Both the position numbers and the translations under genes were made by a program. A stretch of 64,000 nt of DNA from an uncultured PS1 clade bacterium (GTDB lineage Bacteria; Pseudomonadota; Alphaproteobacteria; MED-G09). This document shows positions 28,908 through 37,937 of the stretch, piece by piece; position 1 is the stretch's first letter, and every line of letters starts with the position of its first letter. The stretch is taken from contig CACLNZ010000002.1 in NCBI GenBank assembly GCA_902608415.1, positions 25,861-89,860 on the forward strand, read 5' to 3'. The notes under the pieces are model-generated. The model ran no database searches, was not told the DNA's origin, and was given only the letters and a program-made list of their open reading frames with translations.

Positions 28908-29978
28908 TTAAGCTTTAGCTTCCAGAACAATATTTGATTCAATATCAAGACACCGTCTTTCAATATTTTCAAAACCTGCTTCATTAAGAACTGAGCGTAA
29001 TCTCTTCTCACCAGCTTGAGCGCCAAGCTGTAAACCAACTTCTTGTGCTCTTGAAGTAGGAACACATATTAAAGTTGAAAAAGAATAGTAAAGTCCAGAT
29101 TGTGAATTCAGATTATCCTTCAATTCATCATTAGCAAATGGCTCAACAAGCATAAAAGTGCCATCATCATTTAGAGTATTTAAAATAGCTTTTGATACTC
29201 CAACTGGATCGCCCATATCGTGTAAAGCATCAAATATGCATGCAAAGTCATACCCTTTTTCAGGTATATTTTTTGCATCAGAAACGGCAAATTCTATATT
29301 AGTGACCCCTTCTATCTCTGCTTTTTCTCTTGCTTTAATAATTGAAGGTTCATGGAAATCATATCCATATATTTTAGAGTTAGGAAAGGTTTTTGCCATA
29401 AGGATTGATGAAGAACCTAATCCACAACCTATATCAGCAACAGTTGCTCCAGATTCAAGCTTTTCTTTTACTCCATCAAGAGATGGTATCCAGTTTTCTA
29501 AGAGATTAGTTACATAAATAGGTCTAAAAAATCTATCCGTACCGCAGAAACAGCACTCGTGGTGTTCCTCCCATGGTCTTCCTCTACCAGTTTTAAAGAC
29601 ATCTAATGCAACATCATGAGTAGCATATTGAGCAACAATACCTTGGAAAAGTCCTTGCATGCATGTGGGTTCACCCTCATGAGCAAAGATAGCTGCTTGT
29701 TCTGGAGTTAGACTGAATTGATGATTAGCTTCGTGATAAGTAATATAACCCATAGCTGCGTTTGCTGATAACCACTCTAACAAATATCTTTCATCAAGAT
29801 TTGTTTTCGATGCAAGAGCTTCGGCAGAACATGGTCCGTTTTCATCTAGGGCAGAATATACTCCAGCTTGGTCTCCAATATATGCAACTAATAGACTTCC
29901 TGCAGCTGAAACATTTTCAAAAACTTTACCAGTTAATTCCATCAACTTTTCTTCATCAAGATCACTTTTTGCCATCAT
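28908..29978 (-). CDS. class I SAM-dependent methyltransferase with N-terminal winged-helix-like domain
   Basis: 356 aa. SAM motif VADIGCGLGSSS and DFACIFDALHD, with an N-terminal dimerisation/wHTH-like region. Confidence 0.7.
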   Translation of the reverse strand: MMAKSDLDEEKLMELTGKVFENVSAAGSLLVAYIGDQAGVYSALDENGPCSAEALASKTNLDERYLLEWLSANAAMGYITYHEANHQFSLTPEQAAIFAHEGEPTCMQGLFQGIVAQYATHDVALDVFKTGRGRPWEEHHECCFCGTDRFFRPIYVTNLLENWIPSLDGVKEKLESGATVADIGCGLGSSSILMAKTFPNSKIYGYDFHEPSIIKAREKAEIEGVTNIEFAVSDAKNIPEKGYDFACIFDALHDMGDPVGVSKAILNTLNDDGTFMLVEPFANDELKDNLNSQSGLYYSFSTLICVPTSRAQEVGLQLGAQAGEKRLRSVLNEAGFENIERRCLDIESNIVLEAKA

Positions 29979-30049
29979 TTTACTCCTTAGAAAATTATAA
30001 AATTATTCTATTAGAAAATGCTTATACAAGAAATGAAAATTAAATATTT

Positions 30050-31375
30050 TTAAGAGCTTTTTATAGCTAGAGCTCTAGCAAATGGCTTTCTTCCAAAATA
30101 AAATATTAAGAATGATATAGGGCCGCAAATTAAAAACATAGTAGCCATTGAAAGATCGATTGCCATTTCACTCTTAAATACTTTATCGGTAAAAAATGCT
30201 ACTGCCATTGGTCCTAATCCATAACCTGTAATATTTACCGTAAAGACATATAAACCAGAAACGACACCTCTATATTGATTAGGTGTTATATTTTGAAGTG
30301 ATGTTGCAAATAAAGCCAAGGGAAGAGTGATGAAGAAACTTGTTACGAATATTCCTATTAAAACAATATCAGAATTTAAACTCAAAAAAGTTATAGGACC
30401 AATGATTGTTAAGGCTATTGCAGTAATGATACATAAAATTATAATAGGTGGATTGAAATTTAATTTAGTCAAATACTTCTCACATACTGGTCCGGATATA
30501 ACACCTAAAGATCCTGCAAACAATGCTACAAGACCGTATTGGTCTCCAATTCTAGTATGCTCCCATCCGTGAATTCTATGCAAGAATGTAGGGACCCAAG
30601 ATTGTACTCCATATAGAAGAACGATAATAAATGCTGATCCTATTAAAAGCGGCATATAAGCCCCAATATTTTTAATGACATAGGAAAAAACCTCTTTAAT
30701 ACTCTCGTTTTCTTCTTTTTCGTCAGTTAATCCTTCTTTTCTCTCCGGATCTTTCAGTGTAAACATAAACAAGCCTAAAATTATTCCTGGTACAGCAATA
30801 ATAAGAAAAATTATTTGCCATGGTTGAATAATTATACTTTCAAGCAATGTCACAGGCTCATTATAGATTCTAAGAATTTGAGCTCCAAAAAGTAATGACA
30901 AACCTTGACCAATATATGGGCCCATTAAATATATACTCATAGGAAAACTTCTTCTTTCGACTGGAAAAAGATCTGAAATAATTGACCATGAAGCTGGAGT
31001 TAATGCTGCTTCACCTGCACCAACGCCAGATCTTGATAAAACCAGTTGCCAAGAATTTTTTGAAAAACCACAAGCTGCAGTTGCTACACTCCAAATAATT
31101 ATTCCCCCAATAAGAACCTTTACACGGTTTACCTTGTCAACAATTCTTCCGAAAGGAATACTAAAAATTACATAAGCAAGCACAAAGCCCCATCCTTGAA
31201 TAAATGAAATCTCAAAATCTGTGAGACCCATGTCTTCCTTTATAGGCACAACCAAGTAGTTGATCATTTGCCTATCAATAAAGGAAATTATATAGGCAAA
31301 TAAAAGAATTGAAGTAAAAAACCAAGCATAAATTGGTTTTGGCCATGATGTAGTATTAGTCAATTTTTTCCCCAA
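30050..31375 (-). CDS. MFS transporter
   Basis: 441 aa, about 12 TM helices, FIDRQ motif near TM1. Only TTG starts are available (31375 or 31363). Confidence 0.8.
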   Translation of the reverse strand: MGKKLTNTTSWPKPIYAWFFTSILLFAYIISFIDRQMINYLVVPIKEDMGLTDFEISFIQGWGFVLAYVIFSIPFGRIVDKVNRVKVLIGGIIIWSVATAACGFSKNSWQLVLSRSGVGAGEAALTPASWSIISDLFPVERRSFPMSIYLMGPYIGQGLSLLFGAQILRIYNEPVTLLESIIIQPWQIIFLIIAVPGIILGLFMFTLKDPERKEGLTDEKEENESIKEVFSYVIKNIGAYMPLLIGSAFIIVLLYGVQSWVPTFLHRIHGWEHTRIGDQYGLVALFAGSLGVISGPVCEKYLTKLNFNPPIIILCIITAIALTIIGPITFLSLNSDIVLIGIFVTSFFITLPLALFATSLQNITPNQYRGVVSGLYVFTVNITGYGLGPMAVAFFTDKVFKSEMAIDLSMATMFLICGPISFLIFYFGRKPFARALAIKSS

Positions 31376-31407
31376 AAAAAAACCCTACCAAGATAGTAGG
31401 GTTTTTT
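31373..31407 (-). terminator. intrinsic terminator after the paralog array
   Basis: The minus strand reads AAAAAACCCTAC-TATCTTG-GTAGGGTTTTTTTTT, immediately downstream of the 31434 stop. Confidence 0.65.
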
Positions 31408-31433
31408 ATAAAAGTTAAGTTTCTTTATTTAAT

Positions 31434-32123
31434 TTATTTTTCCCAACTCTTTACCAAGTATATTAAAGAACGAGACATTACTTTTCTAAATTTATTAGCT
31501 CTTTGAAGATAATTTTGTCCGTCTGGTGTAGCTAATGAGCTATCAAGGTTAGACATGGCTTCTTCAAGGGAAGAACCATTAATAACAACATAATGAGTTC
31601 GATTATCAACGCCAGTAAATGTATCTGCAAATACAGTAATACTACCATTTGGGTTAGCACTGCTTAGAAACTTACCAAGACTTTTTACAAAGGCAGCACT
31701 ATCTTTTGCTTTTATATCAATCAAAATTCCTACTGGAGCATTTGGGTCTTGTTCACCAGCTGAAAGAATAGGCGTACCAGCACCATTAAGTACCCAAGTA
31801 ACATTTTGATTTAATGTAGACAAAAGTGCTTGGCCTTCTGCGGAACCATTTACAATATTGTTATTTTTTTCGAATTGATCAGGTCCTGAATGTTCACCAA
31901 CCATACAATGAGTTATATTGTTCTCTCCGTTTAATGGAAATGCATAAAGCCTATGAGTAGACATACCATCTGAGGAAGATGAATTTAAAAAATCATCAAA
32001 TGCACTAACAACATTATTAGCTGTTTCAAGAGCATTAAAGCAATAATATGCATGTAAAGGTGCTGCCTTTACATTGCCCGTTAAAATAAAAAACGCGAAA
32101 GCAATAGTTATAATAAATTTCAT
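31434..32123 (-). CDS. secreted protein, divergent two-repeat alpha+beta member of the array (paralog 1)
   Basis: 229 aa with signal peptide MKFIITIAFAFFILTGNVKA. It has two halves with the same strand-helix-strand-strand-helix-strand periodicity, and AAGGAG upstream. Confidence 0.6.
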   Translation of the reverse strand: MKFIITIAFAFFILTGNVKAAPLHAYYCFNALETANNVVSAFDDFLNSSSSDGMSTHRLYAFPLNGENNITHCMVGEHSGPDQFEKNNNIVNGSAEGQALLSTLNQNVTWVLNGAGTPILSAGEQDPNAPVGILIDIKAKDSAAFVKSLGKFLSSANPNGSITVFADTFTGVDNRTHYVVINGSSLEEAMSNLDSSLATPDGQNYLQRANKFRKVMSRSLIYLVKSWEK

Positions 32124-32147
32124 ATTTTTCTCCTTTATATAAAAATT

Positions 32148-32939
32148 TTAATTTGGTCTGTTATAAACTTTTTCATGCATTAGCATTGGGTCACTGCATT
32201 GAGCATATTCAGTTTCATATTCATCTCGAAATCTCCAACCACCCTCTGCAGCCTCAACTTTTTTAGATTGCATTACTGACTCCATATCAGGAAATAAGAC
32301 AACGTGAGCAAAAGTTGGATAATTTGCTCCTCCGAGCAGGGGTACCATTGTTAACCAACCAATTGCACCATTTGGATTTTCTTTCATTCTTGAAGCTGCC
32401 TTATTATGAAAGGCTATTAAATCATCAGGGCTTTTACCGTCACGAATACTACACCAATTCCATTCAGCATATCGACTATCCCCTTCATTTAAAGCTTCTT
32501 CATTTGCATAATTAAAATAAGCAGAATTCATCTTCATGTAACAAGTAGAAACCTCACCCCACTCATTAAGTATTTCTTGACCCTCTTTTGTTTCCGTTAA
32601 TTTATCCCAGCCCTTTCCATGAGTCTCGAAAGGAGCAGCCATAAATTCTACAAAATCATAAGATGGTGGATTGTTAAAATCACCATGTTGGAAATGAGGT
32701 GTTTGAAGAGCAATAAATGTTTCAACTTTATTCTTTTTAGCCCAGTCAAAATATCTTTCATTGAGAGCTTCATATCGCTCCATTGAAATACCTTCATTTA
32801 ATCTACAAATATTTGCTTGAATTGCAAAAGCAGCATCTGATGTAATCCCTGCTCCAAGTTTATTGTCTTGAGCATTAATAGAATTGCTAATTAAGAATAA
32901 TGCAAATACTGCACTAAATAGTAATATATTTTTTTTCAT
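32148..32939 (-). CDS. secreted tandem-duplicated alpha+beta (ABM/Dabb-like) protein, uncharacterised family (paralog 2)
   Basis: 263 aa with signal peptide ...SNSINAQ. It shares YDF, GKGWDK, WNWC, GAIGW, FAH, GGW and AQC blocks with the three upstream paralogs. Confidence 0.7.
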   Translation of the reverse strand: MKKNILLFSAVFALFLISNSINAQDNKLGAGITSDAAFAIQANICRLNEGISMERYEALNERYFDWAKKNKVETFIALQTPHFQHGDFNNPPSYDFVEFMAAPFETHGKGWDKLTETKEGQEILNEWGEVSTCYMKMNSAYFNYANEEALNEGDSRYAEWNWCSIRDGKSPDDLIAFHNKAASRMKENPNGAIGWLTMVPLLGGANYPTFAHVVLFPDMESVMQSKKVEAAEGGWRFRDEYETEYAQCSDPMLMHEKVYNRPN

Positions 32940-32954
32940 TAATTTTTCCTTTTA

Positions 32955-33731
32955 TTATTGGGGTAATCTATTAAGCACTTGCACATCATAAAGTTCTTCT
33001 CCTCTACAAGTTGCATATTGTTTTTCATAATCGCGGTAATGTTTCCAACCTCCTTGAGCGATTGTTTTTTGATGCTTCATCGATGCTTTATTATCTGGAA
33101 AGATAATAATATGTGCAAATTCTCCAGGTGCACTTGCTCCTCCAAGCCGAGGAATAATACCAGCCCATCCTATAATACCTTGGTCATTACCCTCTAAATT
33201 TTTTGCCATTTCAGAATGTTTTTGTAAAACTTCTTCAGCACTAACATTATCATTAAGAGTACACCAATTCCAGGTTGCAACTCTTTCGTCAGCTTTTGCT
33301 AAAGCATCTTCATCTGACCACAAAGTAACGCCTGTTCCCATTTTCGGATAGCAATCAGCTGCAGCCTGCCATTGTGCATTTAGCTTCTGACCTTCTTTAG
33401 AGTTTAACCACAAATCCCAAGCTTCACCAGAAGTTTGGTGAGTAGAGCCTAATATTTCTAAGAAATCATATGTTAGCGGATTGCCAGCTGTTGCATGAGA
33501 AAATAATGGAAAATGACGAACATAGAATGTTTCAACATTATTCTTTTTTGACCATTTCACATAATCTTCTGTAACAGAGTTATATTCTTTTAATGATACA
33601 CCTTCTTTAAGTTTGCATACATTAACTTGAACATTAGAAACATTTGGAAGCTCTTCATAGTGATCGTCTGAGTAGACATCAAAAGAAAAGACAAAAAATC
33701 CAAAAAGAAAAAAGGTTAATAATTTTTTCAT
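32955..33731 (-). CDS. secreted tandem-duplicated alpha+beta (ABM/Dabb-like) protein, uncharacterised family (paralog 3)
   Basis: 258 aa with a signal peptide. Half 1 runs VNVCKLKEGVS...ADCY and half 2 runs WNWCTLNDNVS...ATCRG. Confidence 0.7.
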   Translation of the reverse strand: MKKLLTFFLFGFFVFSFDVYSDDHYEELPNVSNVQVNVCKLKEGVSLKEYNSVTEDYVKWSKKNNVETFYVRHFPLFSHATAGNPLTYDFLEILGSTHQTSGEAWDLWLNSKEGQKLNAQWQAAADCYPKMGTGVTLWSDEDALAKADERVATWNWCTLNDNVSAEEVLQKHSEMAKNLEGNDQGIIGWAGIIPRLGGASAPGEFAHIIIFPDNKASMKHQKTIAQGGWKHYRDYEKQYATCRGEELYDVQVLNRLPQ

Positions 33732-33744
33732 ATTTATTCTCCTA

Positions 33745-34518
33745 TTAACTATTTGGATTATTAATTACTTGTTCAATCATAAAGGCTTCACCGCGACATG
33801 TTGCAAAATCTTTTTGATAATCTCTATAATCTTTCCAACCACCGTCAGATTGAGCTTGTTGATATATTTGAGCGGCTTCAACATTTGGATAAACCGCAAT
33901 ATGCGCAAAATCGCCTGGAGCTTGATCAGTTCCTATTCTTGGAAATAAATTTACCCAGCCAATAATTCCTAATGAATCTTCTTCAAGAATTTTTGCTCTT
34001 CTATTATGCTCAGCAATTAAGTCTTCGTATGATACGCCTTCATTTAAAGAACACCAATTCCATGCAACAATTCTATCATTATCTTTATTAATTTCATCTT
34101 GGTTTACATATAAAGGTGCAGCAGCGCCTTGCTTTACTCTGCAATCAGCAAGTTTTTGCCATTTTTCGTTTAATTTTTGTCCATCGCTAGTACCAAGCCA
34201 TTTATCCCAACCTTTACCGCTGACGGAATGCGTTGACCATAAAAGTTCCATAAAATCATATCCTGCATCAAACCAACTATCTTGTGGGTATAAAGGTGTT
34301 TGTCTTGCAAAAAATAATTCTACATCATGTTTTCTTGACCATTTAACATAATCATCGATCATTTCATCATATTGCTTAATTGAAGTATTTCCTTTCAAAG
34401 TACAAAGTTGAACTTGAAGGTTAAAAACTTCTGCTTCGTCAGATGAATGATCATCAGCAAAGACAAAATTATTAAAGCCAAAAAAAGCTATAAATCCAAA
34501 AGTTATATATTTTTTCAT
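33745..34518 (-). CDS. secreted tandem-duplicated alpha+beta (ABM/Dabb-like) protein, uncharacterised family (paralog 4)
   Basis: 257 aa with a signal peptide. By eye roughly half of its residues are identical to paralog 3 (DYVKWS, GQKLN, ADC, WNWCSLNEGVS, GIIGW, FAHI, GGWKDYRDY, ATCRGE). Confidence 0.7.
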   Translation of the reverse strand: MKKYITFGFIAFFGFNNFVFADDHSSDEAEVFNLQVQLCTLKGNTSIKQYDEMIDDYVKWSRKHDVELFFARQTPLYPQDSWFDAGYDFMELLWSTHSVSGKGWDKWLGTSDGQKLNEKWQKLADCRVKQGAAAPLYVNQDEINKDNDRIVAWNWCSLNEGVSYEDLIAEHNRRAKILEEDSLGIIGWVNLFPRIGTDQAPGDFAHIAVYPNVEAAQIYQQAQSDGGWKDYRDYQKDFATCRGEAFMIEQVINNPNS

Positions 34519-34535
34519 AATCGTATTCTCCTTAA

Positions 34536-35306
34536 TTACTCATCACCATTACGTAATAAATTTGTTGTGTAAATTCTTGGACTATCACAATCTAAAACTG
34601 AGCCCCAAGTATCCTGAAGAACCGTATTACCAGTTTGATAACCAGCTTGCTTAGCTTTTCCCATTTCTTCATAATTAGACCAACCTGCGCCAAGTTTAAC
34701 ATCCCAATCAACATCTAATTCATTACCAGCATCAGGAACAAATATAGCAATAAGCGGATCAGCGCCTGTTGTTTCTATATATTTGTTGAACTCTCCTGCT
34801 GCTTTCATTAAATCAGTCATGCTTTTACCATCTCTAAATTTACAATTTGCTAATTGAAAAGGATTATTCTTAGTTGTGTCTTGATCCCAATCAACTTGTC
34901 TTGCTGGTATTACAGCGAATAAAGAGCGTGGACTACATGTAGATACTTCATTAAATTTTTGGCCTATTGTTTGTTCGCCCTCTTGAACCCAACCTTCAAT
35001 ATCTTTTCCCCAGGTTTCAAAATTAGGGCTGAATCCAAACCATATGTAATCGAATGATAGCATTCCTTGGCTTACTGCAAATGGTGTCATTGACCAAGCT
35101 GAATATTTGTGGCCCTTCCTATCAGCCCACTTATCCCAATCTTTAACAACTTTATTTAAATCACTTACAGTTTTTCCATCATTGAAAGAACAAGCTAGCA
35201 TTTCTACTGCTGCAGGGCCTATTGGTTGATGATCATCTGCGTAAGCAAGATTAGTAATTGACAAAAAAATTAGCGATAAAGCAAAAAAATTTATAGATTT
35301 ATTCAT
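34536..35306 (-). CDS. secreted tandem-duplicated alpha+beta (ABM/Dabb-like) protein, uncharacterised family (paralog 5, most divergent of the four)
   Basis: 256 aa with signal peptide ...NLAYADD. It has the same four Cys positions (LACSF, STCS, ANCKF, LDCDS), and GGGAG upstream. Confidence 0.65.
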   Translation of the reverse strand: MNKSINFFALSLIFLSITNLAYADDHQPIGPAAVEMLACSFNDGKTVSDLNKVVKDWDKWADRKGHKYSAWSMTPFAVSQGMLSFDYIWFGFSPNFETWGKDIEGWVQEGEQTIGQKFNEVSTCSPRSLFAVIPARQVDWDQDTTKNNPFQLANCKFRDGKSMTDLMKAAGEFNKYIETTGADPLIAIFVPDAGNELDVDWDVKLGAGWSNYEEMGKAKQAGYQTGNTVLQDTWGSVLDCDSPRIYTTNLLRNGDE

Positions 35307-35350
35307 TAGAAACTCCCTTAATTAAACCCAAGAGGAGAAACTGACACTAT

Positions 35351-35365
35351 TGAGAATCATTATCA
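35351..35365. promoter_or_regulatory. near-consensus Fur box (TGAGAATCATTATCA)
   Basis: 14 of 15 positions match the 7-1-7 Fur dyad TGATAAT-N-ATTATCA. The 19-mer 35346-35364 matches 15/19 to GATAATGATAATCATTATC. It lies 45 nt upstream of the first array gene. Confidence 0.55.
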
Positions 35366-35533
35366 ACTAGTTTTTTCTTCATATTGTCTTTAAGTTACAC
35401 ACATTGATCATAAAAAAAGCTTTTCTATACATAATACTGTGGATAACTTTTATTTTTGATACTAAGCCTATTATTTTATTTCCTATACCAGGTTTTTTAC
35501 CTAAAATTCTATTTATTAAATAGGGAGAGAAAG

Positions 35534-36073
35534 ATGGAAAATTTAAGAAGAATTATTACTGGTCATAATGAGGATGGAAAATCGGTAATTTCTATTGATG
35601 GTCCACCTGCTAGAATATTAGGTGAGGATGTTGGGGGATTATTTGAAATTTGGAATACTGATGGAGAGCAAATAAATTCTTTAGATGATAAAGATAGAGC
35701 CGATATCGATGTTATTTTATCGCCCCCTGAAAATGGAACAAAGTTTCGATACTTTGCTATCAAACCAACACCTGAAGGTATACCAAGAGAAAAACTTGAA
35801 GAAGCTACTGCTAGGGCATTTGAATTAATGGGCGCAGCTCATGAGAGAGTTGATACATCAAGACACCCTGCAATGCATAAAACAAAAACTATTGATTACA
35901 TAATTTTATTAAACGGGGATGTAACTCTATTACTTGACGAAGATGAAGTTAGGCTAAAACCTTTCAATGTTGTTGTACAAAGAGGTACAAATCATGCATG
36001 GGTTAATAATGGCAATGAACCAGCATTGCTTATAGCAGTATTAATAGATAGCGATTTGAAAGATAAAGCTTAA
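35534..36073 (+). CDS. cupin domain protein
   Basis: From ATG 35534 (GGGAGAG upstream), 179 aa. The C-terminal ...VVVQRGTNHAWVNNG block is typical of small cupins. Confidence 0.6.
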   Translation: MENLRRIITGHNEDGKSVISIDGPPARILGEDVGGLFEIWNTDGEQINSLDDKDRADIDVILSPPENGTKFRYFAIKPTPEGIPREKLEEATARAFELMGAAHERVDTSRHPAMHKTKTIDYIILLNGDVTLLLDEDEVRLKPFNVVVQRGTNHAWVNNGNEPALLIAVLIDSDLKDKA

Positions 36074-37422
36074 GAATTTTTAAAATTACGATATTCTTCG
36101 AGCCTTTTTTTATTATCGTTTGGGTGAGTCCATTCTTCAGTTATTTTAGGCTCAACTTTAAGATCATTAGGAATCCTATTTAAACCAATTATCTTATCTA
36201 CCTGCTCATGCCAATGATAAATTCTTGCTTCTTGATAGCTCAAAGGAACACCATCAAAAACATATGAGTCAACTGCCTTTTGGATCCAACCACCAAAGTG
36301 AAGGTCTTCATCTAGAACTTTATTGAAACCATCAATCGCAATATCCCAAATTGCTGGTCTTTTACCTTTTCCCCAATGTGGAGCTACCCAAAAAACTTCA
36401 AAAATACATTCATCAATAGCTGTAGGCCACCACAATAGGATTGGGAAACCTTTTTCCGACATAGGGGATACAAAATTAGGAACTAAATTATAGGATTGAG
36501 TACATGTCCTTGCAATATAACCACATGTTTCGATTTCTGGTCTATTATCTTCAACCTTATAAGTTTGGTTTTTATAATATTTAGAAGGTTTACCATTTTT
36601 AACATTAGTTTGTTTAAGGGCATCAGGATTTGCTTTTAAAGCAACTTCAGGAAGGTCAGGAAAGGTTCTGCTTGGGGCAACCATTCTACCGTGTCCATTT
36701 GGGTAAAATGTGTTTACATTTCCAGTATAATCTAAACCCGTGTGGACAGTTTCAGGATGTATAGACTGAACATGATAGACTTCCATGTTTGCTTCCAAAG
36801 CAATTTTCCAATTACATTTTAGTTTATAAGTATAGTGATCAATGAGACTTAAATTCTCAAATTGAAATTCTTGAACTTCATCATATATTACGCCAAGATT
36901 ATCTTTTAGGCTTCCTGCATCTAAATCAAAATTCACAAAAATTAAATTTCCTAAAAGTTCAACCTTAACCTTGTGAAGGCTTCTGCATGAATCGTCAAAA
37001 TCAACGAAATCTTTTGGATCTCTTTTTCCAATCAAATTCCCGTCATGATCATATGTCCAACCATGATACCCACAAACTAATTTATCTGATTGGCCAAATT
37101 CATCTAAAACTATTGCTGCACCTCGATGTCTACACATATTATAAAATGCAGTTACATTCTCTTTGCTTTTTCTAATCAAAATAACAGGTTGTCCTGCCTT
37201 ATCCCATAATTTATAACTTCCAACCTCAGGAATTTCCTCAAGATGCCCGGCAAGTAACCAGCTTTGCTTCCACAAATATTCCTTTTCAAGATCAAAAAAC
37301 TCTTTGTCTGTGTAGCGTTTGCCAGGTAGATCAGGGAGCTTAGGAAAATCCTTTGGAGGAGATTTTCTTTTTCTCTCATAATCTATTAGATCTTTGAGTT
37401 GATCAATTTGTTCTTGATTCAC
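36070..37422 (-). CDS. Rieske [2Fe-2S] non-haem iron oxygenase, alpha-subunit type
   Basis: 450 aa. Rieske motif CRHRGAAIV-x-CGYHGWTY and mononuclear iron motif NMEVYHVQSIH. Confidence 0.85.
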   Translation of the reverse strand: MNQEQIDQLKDLIDYERKRKSPPKDFPKLPDLPGKRYTDKEFFDLEKEYLWKQSWLLAGHLEEIPEVGSYKLWDKAGQPVILIRKSKENVTAFYNMCRHRGAAIVLDEFGQSDKLVCGYHGWTYDHDGNLIGKRDPKDFVDFDDSCRSLHKVKVELLGNLIFVNFDLDAGSLKDNLGVIYDEVQEFQFENLSLIDHYTYKLKCNWKIALEANMEVYHVQSIHPETVHTGLDYTGNVNTFYPNGHGRMVAPSRTFPDLPEVALKANPDALKQTNVKNGKPSKYYKNQTYKVEDNRPEIETCGYIARTCTQSYNLVPNFVSPMSEKGFPILLWWPTAIDECIFEVFWVAPHWGKGKRPAIWDIAIDGFNKVLDEDLHFGGWIQKAVDSYVFDGVPLSYQEARIYHWHEQVDKIIGLNRIPNDLKVEPKITEEWTHPNDNKKRLEEYRNFKNS

Positions 37423-37512
37423 ATCTAGCCCCTAAAAATATATTGAATGTATTATAAAATTATCGTGTAGTAAAATATGATTTAGCAAAATAAATCTATA
37501 TATGGAGAGAAA

Positions 37513-37920
37513 ATGATAAAAGGCGGTTGTTTATGCGGGAAAATTAGATACGAATTTAAACAAGAAGATGTAATTTCAGCGGGAAATTGCCATTGCAAAG
37601 ATTGTCAAAAAGCAACAGGTAGCGGAAAGGCTACAATTATTTATATTCCTTCAGAAAGCTTAAAAATAAATGATGATTACAAAATCTATTCTGTAATTGG
37701 TTATGAGGGATCTAGTGTAAATAGAGGTTTTTGTCCTAATTGTGGTTCACCCATAATCAGTTATGTTTCAGAGCAACCTGATGTCAAATTTATAAAAGCT
37801 GGTAGTTTAGATGATTCTTCTTGGCTTAAAATAGAATCAAGTTTTTGGAGTGATACTGCAAATCATTGGGATCCAGTAGATGAAAACCTACCAACATTTG
37901 AAAAAAATCCACCACTTTAA
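37513..37920 (+). CDS. GFA (glutathione-dependent formaldehyde-activating/CENP-V) family protein
   Basis: 135 aa. GGCLCG, CHCKDCQK and CPNCGS zinc-binding cysteine pattern. Confidence 0.8.
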   Translation: MIKGGCLCGKIRYEFKQEDVISAGNCHCKDCQKATGSGKATIIYIPSESLKINDDYKIYSVIGYEGSSVNRGFCPNCGSPIISYVSEQPDVKFIKAGSLDDSSWLKIESSFWSDTANHWDPVDENLPTFEKNPPL

Positions 37921-37937
37921 TATTGAAAGGAAAAACT

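Noticed and set aside
35438-35446. Perfect DnaA box TGTGGATAA (complement TTATCCACA) in the array/cupin intergenic region.
   Set aside because: It is a single box with no cluster, AT-rich unwinding repeats or dnaA/hemE context. By my rough composition-based estimate about one such 9-mer is expected by chance in 2 x 64 kb.
37423-37512. Fur-like sequence GAATGTATTATAAAATTATC upstream of the Rieske oxygenase.
   Set aside because: It matches only about 9/19 to the Fur consensus, indistinguishable from AT-rich background.
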